From the NCBI RefSeq assembly GCF_006345805.1, contig NW_021825754.1, forward strand, positions 1-14,738: a stretch of DNA of 14,738 nt. The letters are read 5' to 3'. The notes below the pieces were generated by a model. The model did no database searches. It was not told the origin of the DNA and saw only the letters and a program-made list of their open reading frames with translations. Both the position numbers and the translations under genes were made by a program. The stretch is from Octopus sinensis (lineage: Eukaryota). Below, one piece after another: positions 1-9,320 of this stretch. Within the stretch, counting starts at the first letter, position 1. The number at the start of each line of letters is the position of its first letter.

Positions 1-26
1 AAAGAGAGTTAAGAAAATAAAAGTAG

Positions 27-95
27 CACACATGCACACACACACGCACGCACACACACACACGCACTCACACAAAGGCACACGCACATACGCGT
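27..95. repeat. (CA)n/(CACG)n imperfect microsatellite
   Basis: Direct reading: cacacatgcacacacacacgcacgcacacacacacacgcac... Confidence 0.9.
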
Positions 96-196
96 ATATA
101 TATCTTCGGTAATATTCAAAATATAAGGTAAACTATTCACTCACTCTGTCATGTAATAGATACGCACATACAGATATACAAACTATTAAATATGCA

Positions 197-244
197 TCTA
201 TCTATCTGTCTGTCTGTCTGTGTACCTGCCTGTCTGCCTGTTTC

Positions 245-321
<77 letters not shown>

Positions 322-361
322 TTATCTATCTATCTACCTGTGTATCTATCTAACTATCTAT
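197..361. repeat. (TGTC)n/(TATC)n compound tetranucleotide microsatellite
   Basis: Long run of TATC units preceded by TGTC/TGCC variants; explains the YLSI ORF at 220-495. Confidence 0.95.
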
Positions 362-548
362 TATATAAGACATGTAAGACGTTTATGGTACGATTTTCAT
401 TCGTTTATGTTACTTATACTGAAATCTTCTGTAGTATTAATCAAAAGCTGCTGGAGATCTGTTTGAATTCTCAGCACTTCTATCCAACGATATGAATTTT
501 ATACCAACTCAACAGAAGACAAATTACTCTGTATCGTCGCGTTTCTCT

Positions 549-700
549 CGTTAGAAATATCAGTCAAATTTCCCTTAAATGACACCCTGTCATCTTCAAA
601 ATGCAAGTACACATTATATAACAGTAGATACGTAATGTCCAAGAAAAAGATGAAGTCTGCATGATTAGAATATATCTGATCCTATTTGCATTCAGGCCTT
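549..700 (+). mobile_element. Diverged copy of interspersed repeat family C
   Basis: tagaaatatcagtcaaatttcccttaaatgac (552-) resembles tagaaataacggcaaatctctcttaaattac (10086-) and the reverse complement of 1670-1702; the downstream extent is based on my recollection of the family. Confidence 0.4.
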
Positions 701-994
701 GCTTGGTACTATATAAGGACATCAATGTTTGAATATATATTTTTGGTGTTGTTGTTTAGCAACATATCAAAAACTTAGATGTCATGAACATCCGATCGTT
801 TCTTTCAAATATAGTGTATTTGGGCCCACGAATCTAATGTATACTTCCGTTGTAAAGGTCGCGTGTTTTAATTTCTGGGCGTAAAAGTAGTTCTTATGAG
901 ATATGGACAACATGAGTCATTGATTGAGACATCTATGACTACATGTGTGTCGCCATCATTAAGCGAGGTACCGTTATTAAAAAATAATGTCGGA

Positions 995-1040
995 TTATTG
1001 TTGCAGGAGAATGAATATCGCTGCTATTTTTGGCAGGTCA
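995..1040 (-). mobile_element. Family C motif fragment
   Basis: ctgctatttttggcaggtc at 1021-1039 matches ctgctatttttagcagg at 11898-11914; a possible (AAC)n tail of the same copy lies at about 745-760 (gttgttgtttagc). Confidence 0.35.
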
Positions 1041-1119
1041 TGTGCAAGCTTAGAAGTGGTCCAGATACTTGTGCGTTTCCAAATATATCAACGCATGTAT
1101 AAATATACTCTTTTTTAAA

Positions 1120-1337
1120 ATTCTTTCACTTGTTTCAGTCATCAGACTGCGGCCATGCTGGAGCACCGCTTTTAGTCGAACAAATCGACCCCAGGACTTA
1201 TTTTTTGTAAGCCTAGTACTTATTCTATCGGTTTCTTTTGCCGAACCGCTAAATTACAGGGACGTAAACACGCCAGCATCGGTTGTCAAGCGATGTTGGG
1301 GGGGGGGACAAACACAGGCACACAAACACACACACAC

Positions 1338-1388
<51 letters not shown>

Positions 1389-1522
1389 TATAAGACGGGC
1401 TTATTTCAGTTTCCGTCTACCAAATCCACTCACAAGGTTTTGGTTGGCCCGAGTCTATATTAGAAGACACTTGCTCAAGGTGTCACGCCGTGGGACTGAA
1501 CCCGGAACCGTGTGGTTGGTAT
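1120..1522 (-). mobile_element. SINE family A (tRNA-derived head, CORE-like domain, internal microsatellite, 3' body); 5'-truncated
   Basis: Minus strand reads accaaccacacggttccgGGTTCAGTCCC (B box), then gtgacaccttgagcaagtgtctt (similar to the MIR CORE motif GTGACCTTGGGCAAG), a (TG)/(TA) tract at about 1322-1390, and a 3' body nearly identical to 14531-14675 on +. Confidence 0.85.
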
Positions 1523-1664
1523 GTGTATACATTGTTGTTATTAATCTCCTTGACAGCCTTCACTGAGTGAATCCAATCCAATGTGTTCACGCCATAGCCA
1601 TTCTGTTATTTTTGTATACCAGAGACTGCATAATGAATGGTATCCTTTATTTGAATACAACTCT

Positions 1665-1702
1665 ATGTAATTTAAGGGAGACTTGGTTGCTATTTCTAGC
1701 AA
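1665..1702 (-). mobile_element. Family C motif fragment
   Basis: Reverse complement ttgctagaaatagcaaccaagtctcccttaaa aligns with tgctagaaataacggcaaatctctcttaaa at 10083. Confidence 0.4.
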
Positions 1703-1839
1703 TTTGGTGGATATGTACACATATGTATTTGAACGGGATGGTTCATAATCATTTATTCTAGTAATGTTGCTTCTCTCTTGGCTTCATCCTTTTCTTTTTT
1801 GAGGTCTCTGGAAGGGGCAGTGTGCATGATTTTTGCAGG

Positions 1840-2400
1840 ATCTTCTACCGGTGAGATTCATGCCATTAACGTACCTCGAACCTTTGAAATTCTACATAAT
1901 TTCGTGATGAGTCCCATAGAATCCCGGACCGACCAGTACTTTGTGGGTGAATTTTGTAGTCGAAATCTGTATGGAAGCCTGTTGCTTCACAGAATGAGAT
2001 AAAAAATCAGAGGCTGTGAATAGTTTTCAGAACATTTTTCTTTTTTATAAAAATATGTGTGTGTGAGTGCATCTGTGTGTGTGTGTTTATGTATGTGCAT
2101 GTCCCTCTTTGTCCTCACATCTCTTTAGAACCGATCTTGGTATGCTTACTTCTCTGTAAATTAGTAGTTCGACAGAAAATATAAAAAACTAACGAAATAA
2201 GTATCAGACTTGTATGAAAAGTTTAAGTACTTGAGTTCACGATTCCTTTGACTAAATTCTTCAAGGTGAGGCCACAACCTGGCCGCAGTCCAATGACTGA
2301 ATTAAGTAAACGAAAAAACAAACACAAAACAAAAACAAAAATGAAAAAAAAACATGACAAAACAAACAAACCAAACAAGCAAGCCAATAAATAAGTTACC
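1840..2400 (+). mobile_element. Old diverged SINE family A copy with A-rich tail
   Basis: About 1915-1985 aligns with the head/CORE region of 10488-10546; (TG) tract at about 2055-2100; 3' body ending ggccgcagtccaatgactgaattaagtaaa at about 2310; A-rich (AAAC)-like run to about 2400. Confidence 0.65.
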
Positions 2401-2839
2401 ATAAACAAAAAATAAAAGACACTAAAGAAACAATAGACATTACGATATTAATTAATTAGGTTTCTAAGTTTGGCTCTTAACATTTTTGAAAATAACAAAA
2501 ACAAAAACAAACTTCAAAGCAGGAAATCTTACATAAGATTAACCAATCATTTAATGACAAATGTTTAAGCTTTTTGGCATGTTAGATTCGTTAATATCGT
2601 AACTGTTCATTCTCGTTTATTCTACCTTTATCTTTTAAACAGTAAATTGAGTTTAAAACCTTTAATTTTATTTTATGATCTTCGTAAAAGATTGACTGAC
2701 GTTACGTGCAGTGAATTACCATCGGAATGTTTCGTTAGACGAGAGAGAGTTAATGCTTGACAGTAAACTGGCAGCTAGCAGACGTTAATGCAAGCATAAA
2801 CATATCAGCATTGCCTCTTTCTCTTTCCTCTTGTGAATG

Positions 2840-2886
2840 TTTGTGTGTGCATGAGTGTGCACGCATATGTAAGTGCGTGCGTGCAC

Positions 2887-2938
<52 letters not shown>

Positions 2939-2998
2939 GAGAAAGAGTGAGAGAAAGAGAGATAGAGAGATAGAGAGATGGAGAGAGTGAGTGAGAGA
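2840..2998. repeat. Compound microsatellite (TG)-(TA)n-(GA)n
   Basis: Direct reading. Confidence 0.95.
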
Positions 2999-3339
2999 AT
3001 CAACAGGTAAAGCTTCAGAGATGCGCAATATAGGATACACGCAGTAGTACTCAAATGATTTGAAATTACACACCGAAGTCTTTATCTAGAACTATACCCG
3101 GGGGATAAAGAGTGCATATAAGAGGAATATAGGTGAACTGATGTGTAGATAGTGATGCAAATAAACACGCTTAGACTAGGTGTATAAAATATTCCAGAAA
3201 CAGCTATTGGGCCTGAAATATCACACCCTCTTCCATTAGTTTTCTGTACTTTTTGCACTCCATGTAAATTCGTTCTGCAAAATGTATATATATATAAGCT
3301 TAAACACGAGTGTTCATCTTTTGGATATTTTCAGTCTTT

Positions 3340-3462
3340 GTTATGTCTCTATATATACCCTCGTATGTATATATGTTTCCATCTGTATATATGTATGTAT
3401 GTATATATATATTTTTTATTCATCAAGCCCAAACGTATTTTATGCAGCACTATATATATATA

Positions 3463-3509
<47 letters not shown>

Positions 3510-3605
3510 GTGTATGTATGTGTATGTATATATATATATTAATTATATATAAATATTATATATATATATTATAATATATATATATATATTTATATATGTT
3601 TATAT

Positions 3606-3644
<39 letters not shown>

Positions 3645-3682
3645 ACACATATATATATATATGTATGTATATTTATATATAT
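3340..3682. repeat. Compound microsatellite (TA)/(TG)n/AT-rich/(CA)n/(TA)
   Basis: TG tract 3463-3512, AT-rich core, CA tract 3608-3649. Confidence 0.95.
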
Positions 3683-3826
3683 TTGTACGGGGGAGCAATA
3701 AGTGCAAAACAATGTGCAAAAAATAGTATTCGAATACCAAAAGTAGAGCAATATGCTTTTATTGAAGCTGCAAAATTATCATGAAACAGTTACTCAGAGA
3801 TTCATGTTCCTGTGTAAGGTATAAAA

Positions 3827-3857
<31 letters not shown>

Positions 3858-4080
3858 CAGGCATCCACACATACGTATCTGTGCATGTAGACCGGATTAT
3901 AATGCGTGGTACATCCTCATGAAGCACACCTGTATATTCCAGTGCTCCAAAATTGCATGTAGATCTTTGAGACATGCATAAGAATGAAAAATACTGGAAA
4001 ATAGTTACTTTTACGGAGTAATCACACATGCACACACAGGCACACGAATTGACCCAAATCTTAGAGCATGTCTTGGGAAG

Positions 4081-4115
4081 CACACACACACATACACACA
4101 CACACACACACACAC
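4081..4115. repeat. (CA)n microsatellite
   Basis: Direct reading. Confidence 0.95.
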
Positions 4116-4117
4116 GC

Positions 4118-4527
4118 TATTATTTCTTATTTCTTTATTGCCATAAGGGGCTAAACAAGGACAGACAAAGGGATTAGGTCGGTTACCTCGACCCCAGAGC
4201 GTAACTAGTACTTAATTTATCAACCCTGAAAGGATGAAAAGCAAAGTCTACCCCGGCGGAATTTGAACTCAGAACGTAAACGCAGACGAAATACCTATTT
4301 CTTTACTGCCCACAAGGGGCTAAACACAGAGGGGACAAACAAGGACAGACAAAGGAATTAAGTCGATTATATCGACCCCAGTGCGTAACTGGTACTTACT
4401 TAATCGACCCCGAAAGGATGAAAGGCAAAGTCGACCTCGACGGAATTTGAACTCAGAACGTAGCGACAGACGAAATACTGCTTAGCATTTCGCTAGGCGT
4501 GCTAACGATTCTGCCAGCTTGATGCCT
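4118..4527 (-). mobile_element. SINE family B (tRNA-derived), head-to-tail dimer: full monomer 4296-4527 plus headless monomer 4118-4295
   Basis: Minus strand has A box TGGCAGAATCG and B box GAGTTCAAATTCC; the body aligns with 13801-13960; the unit from ggtatttcgtctg to aaagaaata is present twice. Confidence 0.9.
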
Positions 4528-4529
4528 TT

Positions 4530-4740
4530 TTATTTCTTGCCTTTTTTTCGACTGCCGCCATGCTACTGGCACAGTCTTCAAGGTTTCAGCTGACCATATT
4601 CATATCAAACTCAGTAATTATTCCGGTTTAGTAATATTATAGCGATCTTATCGAAGATATTGGGCCTTGATCAAGAACATGGGTCTTTAACTCGTGTAAA
4701 CACCAACTCACCCACACAGATTCACATACACTTATCTTTA
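4530..4740 (-). mobile_element. Highly diverged family A 3' body
   Basis: gactgccgccatgctactggcacagtcttcaagg resembles gactgcggccatgctggagcaccgc at 1146; the right boundary is uncertain. Confidence 0.45.
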
Positions 4741-4767
4741 GCTAGCGTACATACCGATTCAGACAGG

Positions 4768-4854
<87 letters not shown>
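4768..4854. repeat. (AG)n microsatellite
   Basis: Near-pure AG run. Confidence 0.97.
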
Positions 4855-4859
<5 letters not shown>

Positions 4860-5027
4860 CATTCGCAAGCGCGTGCACACACATAGGCACATACATGTAC
4901 ACACACTCTCGCGTGCCTTTTATCCTTCCGGAGTCGTTAAACTGATATATCTGTCAGTTACGACTAACCTTCAACACTAGCATTTGTGTCTAAATTAGGA
5001 ACCAAAGCCGTTGTTTTTGCTGTTATG

Positions 5028-5106
5028 CTTCTTCTTCTTCTTCTTCTTCTTCTTCTTCTTCTTCTTCTTCTTCTTCTTCTTCTTCTTCTTCTTCTTCTTC
5101 TTCTTC
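5028..5106. repeat. (CTT)26 pure trinucleotide microsatellite
   Basis: 79-nt uninterrupted run; explains the poly-E ORF at 5023-5292. Confidence 0.97.
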
Positions 5107-5388
5107 GGGTGATAATAATCGAAACTGATTCAGTACATGGGTAATTATCTTATTTCGTATATTTTCATTTGTCTTGTTTAATGCTTTGGTTTTGTGCTGA
5201 GTTTTATGTGAGAACACACTCTTTGTGGAGAATGGCGATTTGACGTCTATATCTAGCATGTTGACTGTCCACTTTTCGTGTTCAATCCTCAATTGGTATA
5301 TATAAATATTTTAATCTTCGGATTCTTTTTAATATGCTAGACCACTGGTTTTAATTGACTAATATCAAAATCTACCCTTAATTAATTT

Positions 5389-5391
<3 letters not shown>

Positions 5392-5422
<31 letters not shown>
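5392..5422. repeat. (AT)n microsatellite
   Basis: Direct reading. Confidence 0.95.
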
Positions 5423-5425
<3 letters not shown>

Positions 5426-5497
5426 CCATAAGATTAAGATGTACTAGATATGAATATGCATATATATAATCACGTGACTTCATATCTTCTCTCCACG

Positions 5498-5695
5498 TTA
5501 TTGGTTTCAAATTTTGGCACAAGGCCAGCAATTTCGGGGAGGGGTTAAATCGATAACATCAATTCCAGTGTCCGACAGGTACCTAATTTATTGACCCAGA
5601 ATGGATGAAAAGCAAAGTCGACCTTGGCAGAAATCGAACTCAGAACGTAAAGACGGACAATGTGCTGCTGGACAAATTCCGCCAGCGTGTCGCCC
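5498..5695 (-). mobile_element. SINE family B, diverged, with tail type ii
   Basis: Reverse complement contains gttctgagttcgatttctgccaaggtcgactttgc and the tail aaattgctggccttgtgccaaaatttgaaaccaa, as in 13974-14006. Confidence 0.85.
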
Positions 5696-5831
5696 TTCAC
5701 ATAATTTTATTTCAGTATGGACGAAATCATGCGTATATGTTTGTATTAATATGTGTATTCAGCATTATACAATAGAATCATATATTCACAAATAATGCAA
5801 ATAAAGAAATCTAGTCCATTAGATCACCGGA

Positions 5832-5875
5832 ACACACACACACACACACACACACACAACACACACACACACACA
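5832..5875. repeat. (AC)n microsatellite
   Basis: Direct reading. Confidence 0.95.
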
Positions 5876-6323
5876 GTGCGTATGAAACATATGTCAAATA
5901 AAAACCTCCCATAAAGTACTATTTCTTCTTTTAGTAACACAAACGAGCACATCGATAAAGATAGGTACAAATGTAAGTCTATATTCTAGGGGAAAAAAGC
6001 TGTCCTCCATAGATATTGTCTTTCTCATTGATTTTGAAAAAAATGCTCACGTTTTGCGAAGCAGCTGACCTCTATAACTGAACATATATCTCCTTTCTGT
6101 CCGAGACAACTGTCAAATCTATTTTATGCGCTTTTGGCAGGAAATTTGATGGAAATATTCTTATATATTTTGTCTTTCTTTTTTAATTATTTGATCTGAA
6201 TTCTTCCTATTGTGTTGGAGCTGGTTTCTAACGAAGAAACCCCCGCCACTAGAACCTGGATAGCAAATTATATAAGCATTCCGTATAGAACATATTTTTA
6301 ACACTTTCAGTCCTTGAATACGG

Positions 6324-6555
6324 TTTAGCGGGTGTGACTTCGTTTGACTATACTCACGTAATATTTAAAGTGGTCAGATTATTTTGTGTTTACGGTTCGT
6401 TAATTTGCAGAAAATTCGTTATTTTCAACCGTAAGCACAAAGATGTATGGTTACCCGCACAAAGATGTATGGCTACCCACACAAAGATGGCTACCCAAAC
6501 AAACCCGCTTTTGTGCCATCCAAAGGTATAGTCAAACGAGATCGCGTCCGCTAAA
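6324..6555. mobile_element. MITE/foldback-like element with 30-bp imperfect terminal inverted repeats
   Basis: 6324-6353 and 6526-6555 are reverse complements at 25/30 positions, and all 5 differences are transitions; no TSD found. Confidence 0.6.
6435..6506 (+). repeat. Minisatellite with units of 22, 22, 18 and 10 nt
   Basis: gcacaaagatgtatggttaccc / gcacaaagatgtatggctaccc / acacaaagatggctaccc / aaacaaaccc. Confidence 0.9.
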
Positions 6556-6815
6556 GTGGTGTCCGTCTTAAGCTTGAAGGAAGGAGCAAGAGGGTTGGGT
6601 GTCGGAACAGTAACTCAGCTCTGTAAAAATCAGGAATCGCTTCCGAAGCGGCAGGAGAAATTCACGAAATTAGATCGACATGAGGAGGAAGGTGATAGAC
6701 AAATGCCACTTATGACGGACCCGATGAAAGCCGAAAGGAAGATAGGACCTCGAAGAGCCCGATGGTTTGTGAAAAGCTTCATGTTCTGAGGATGATCTAA
6801 ACCTAAAGCTTAAGC
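6556..6815 (+). mobile_element. Possible internally deleted RTE-clade non-LTR retrotransposon remnant
   Basis: gggttgggtgtcggaacagtaactcagctctgtaaaaa resembles the RTE 5'-UTR motif as I recall it; the end of the ORF (RARWFVKSF, then CS after a 1-nt shift) resembles the RTE C-terminal RWxxxVxxLCS; recognition from memory only. Confidence 0.3.
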
Positions 6816-6950
6816 TAAAAAGCGTGCTCGTGTGTTCAAAGGGTAATAGTTTTAATAATAAATCCCTTTGAGCTGGTCACTTGCTTTACCAAGCCTTTCG
6901 AGATTGCCATTAAGTCACACTAAAATAGCTTAGTACAACGCTAGTTATCC

Positions 6951-7147
6951 TTTATGTTTTATCTTTTACTTCTTTCCATCATTGGACTGTGGTCACGCTG
7001 GATCACCACCTTGAAGAGTTTAGTCGAAGAAATCGGTCTCAGTATTTATGTTTGGTTTTTAAAGTTTGGCACAGTTTCTTCGCTGAACCGCTAAGTTACG
7101 GGGACGCAAACACATACCGGTGAGTGGTGGAAAACGTAAACACAAAG
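6951..7147 (-). mobile_element. SINE family A 3' body (left half of a split copy)
   Basis: ctgaaccgctaagttacggggacgcaaacac and ggactgtggtcacgctgg align with 1120-1270. Confidence 0.8.
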
Positions 7148-7184
7148 ACACACACACACACACACCACACACACACGCACACAG

Positions 7185-7219
<35 letters not shown>

Positions 7220-7254
7220 CACAAACACACGCACGCACGCGTGAGCATAAGCAC

Positions 7255-7329
<75 letters not shown>

Positions 7330-7335
7330 AATCTT

Positions 7336-7383
<48 letters not shown>

Positions 7384-7440
7384 CTATCTCTCCCCCCTCT
7401 CTCTCACCCCTCTCTCCCCCCCCTCTCCCTCTCTCTATCT
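7148..7440. repeat. Compound microsatellite (CA)n-(TATC)n-(CT/C)-rich
   Basis: Direct reading; occupies the internal SSR position of family A. Confidence 0.95.
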
Positions 7441-8040
7441 ATGGGACGAGTCGGTTTATCAATCGAGTCTATCGTGAATATTGTCGCACCTCCTTTCTTG
7501 AAACGGGAAGGAAGAGCCATTTTCAACGTATTTGTGGCTATGGCGAAAGAATGTGTATGGTGGACGCGTCTGAAAGGTCTAGAGACAAACACTTTCAGCT
7601 CTGGTCAATCTCTCATCAACTTCTTCAAGTATCACTTGAAAAGGAAAGTGAGAGTAGAGAGGCAAGTTTTGTCTAGCGAATGTTTCAAAAAAAGATAGGT
7701 GAATGTAGCAAGGATGGCATATGTGAATGTCAGAGCCACTTTGAGCATAATCCTATGAACCGAAAAAAGAAAGAGTCACTTACTGTCATGTGGATTTTTG
7801 CATGACATTATTGCCCAATTTACCGTGGTCTTTACTGTAGGCTTTCTTCCACATATAAACCAAATCTGGTTTCCATTTTTACATTGACATTTCTATGATA
7901 CATGATCCCTATTGATCGTCTTTTTTTCTTTTTTCCACGATCCCTTTTGATCGAAATTCGACCCAATTTTTTTTCTCTTCTTCTTCCCCAAAATAAAAGC
8001 TCTAGTTTGTATTTTGTCCCCTGTGTGGTCAACAAAGAAA
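7441..8040 (+). mobile_element. 5'-truncated Tx1/L1-clade LINE: ORF2 C-terminus (pseudogenised) plus 3' UTR
   Basis: 7441-7758 translates as ...FNVFVAMAKECVWWTRLKGL...SLINFFKYHLKRKVRVERQVLSSECFKKR*VNVARMAYVN...L*, matching the Tx1-type C-terminal pattern AKxxI/VWxxR...F...R.E...F..RW, with an inferred TGG>TAG at 7696-7698; T-rich 3' UTR ends ggtcaacaaagaaa (degenerate AATAAA). Confidence 0.7.
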
Positions 8041-8228
8041 CATATCTATCTAACTATATATATACATTTATACACGAAAGTGTTCCACATAGTTTTCACT
8101 AACCTAATTTGCCCACCCCAAGGCTTTGATAGATTCGTTACTGAACTAGAAGACACCGAAAGTGCCACGCAATGGTACTGAACGCGAATCACTGGTTACA
8201 AAGAGAACCTCTAAGCCACATAGCCACG
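8041..8228 (-). mobile_element. SINE family A head (right half of the split copy), diverged
   Basis: Minus strand: cgTGGCTATGTGG (A box)...gcGTTCAGTACC (B box)...gcgtggcac...gtgtcttcta...caaagccttg; residual tatctatc/tatata at 8041-8065. Confidence 0.7.
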
Positions 8229-9076
8229 AAAGATCGAAGTGGAGACAGGTTACGTTCCCACGGTGGTTGAGCACGGGTCAGTAGGTCTTAAGAAGCGAGC
8301 GAAATCTTACATGAAAGGCGACGGATCCGTTTTCGGAAGATAACCAATAATTATATGTATAGATGTGAATTTTTTTTTGTCTGTTTCGAAGTCTTTGTTA
8401 TCTGTTAATATTCTCTTACTGGTTTTGGAAGAAATATCTATATTGCCGGGCCGTTGAACTCTAAAACTGTACTCAATTATTCTTTTCAGACCCAAGCAAC
8501 TAAATCATATCTATTGTATTTTCTCTTATTCATGAATGCAAATATGCATTAATATATGTATATACGGAAGTATAGATATCTGTATGAGGGTATCTAGCTG
8601 TCTATTTATCTCCATACATATATACCTATGTTCGTTTATCTATGTTCAATTTACTTGCAATAATACTTATAGTATGTACGTATTTACCCCGCATACAGAC
8701 ATAGAACAGGCAACGACATACATCTATTAATATAAATGACATATATTTATTCATAAAACGAAAAATAATTTCCTAGGTCTCTTAGAGTCATTTATTATTT
8801 ATAACTACTACATTTTAACAGAACTCAAGAAAATCGATTAAGTTTTCCCAGCAAATAGATTAGACAGTCAATTGTTTTCGGTGAAACTGATCTCGAAATG
8901 AATTTTACACACGAAATAATAGAATATTTATATCGTATCATTTACTGGGACAATTTTTTGTTAGTGTCAGAAGAAAATGCTGAAAAAATAATTGGTATTT
9001 ACGAGATCTTTAGTGACACTAAAAATTAAAACAAGTACAATATCTAAACTGGTCAGATAGTCTAAAGAGAGAGGAG

Positions 9077-9102
9077 AGTGTGTGTTGTGTGTGGGTTTGT
9101 AT

Positions 9103-9138
<36 letters not shown>

Positions 9139-9320
9139 GATACATATATAGGTATGTATGTATGCATGTATGCATGCATCTATTATGTATGAATGCATGT
9201 ATGTGTGTGTGTATACATATGCATGTATTTGTATACGTTTACATACATATATACATATACGAATGCATAGAAATGCATGTTTATGTGTATGTTTGTATAT
9301 ATATTATATATATATTGATA
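9077..9320. repeat. Degenerate (TA)/(TG)/(TATG) microsatellite field
   Basis: Direct reading. Confidence 0.9.

Noticed and set aside
536-563. Minus-strand CUGAUAU...GAAACGCGAC hammerhead-like string
   Set aside because: Three core positions (G8, A9, U16.1) are wrong.
1128-1150. CUGAUGA-CU-GAAA on the minus strand at the family A 3' end, resembling a hammerhead core
   Set aside because: Only 2 nt separate the boxes, so no stem II is possible, and other copies read CAAATGA or CCAATGA, so the box is not conserved.
1687-1702. GCTAGAAATAGCAA (minus strand), identical to part of the engineered SpCas9 sgRNA scaffold
   Set aside because: A short GAAA-capped hairpin within a genomic repeat family with several diverged copies here; no other scaffold or CRISPR sequence is present, so this is coincidence.
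6719-6752. CCGAUGA-AAGCC-GAAA-GG...CC-UC hammerhead-like string
   Set aside because: U4 is changed, there is no stem II pair, and stem I has only 1 bp.
6836-6871. 8-bp inverted repeat TCAAAGGG/CCCTTTGA with an AT-rich spacer
   Set aside because: Too short, with no TSD or other copy in the window.
8321-8337. Palindrome ACGGATCCGT overlapping a TCCG-TTTT-CGGA hairpin
   Set aside because: Short enough to be expected by chance; no second copy or supporting context.
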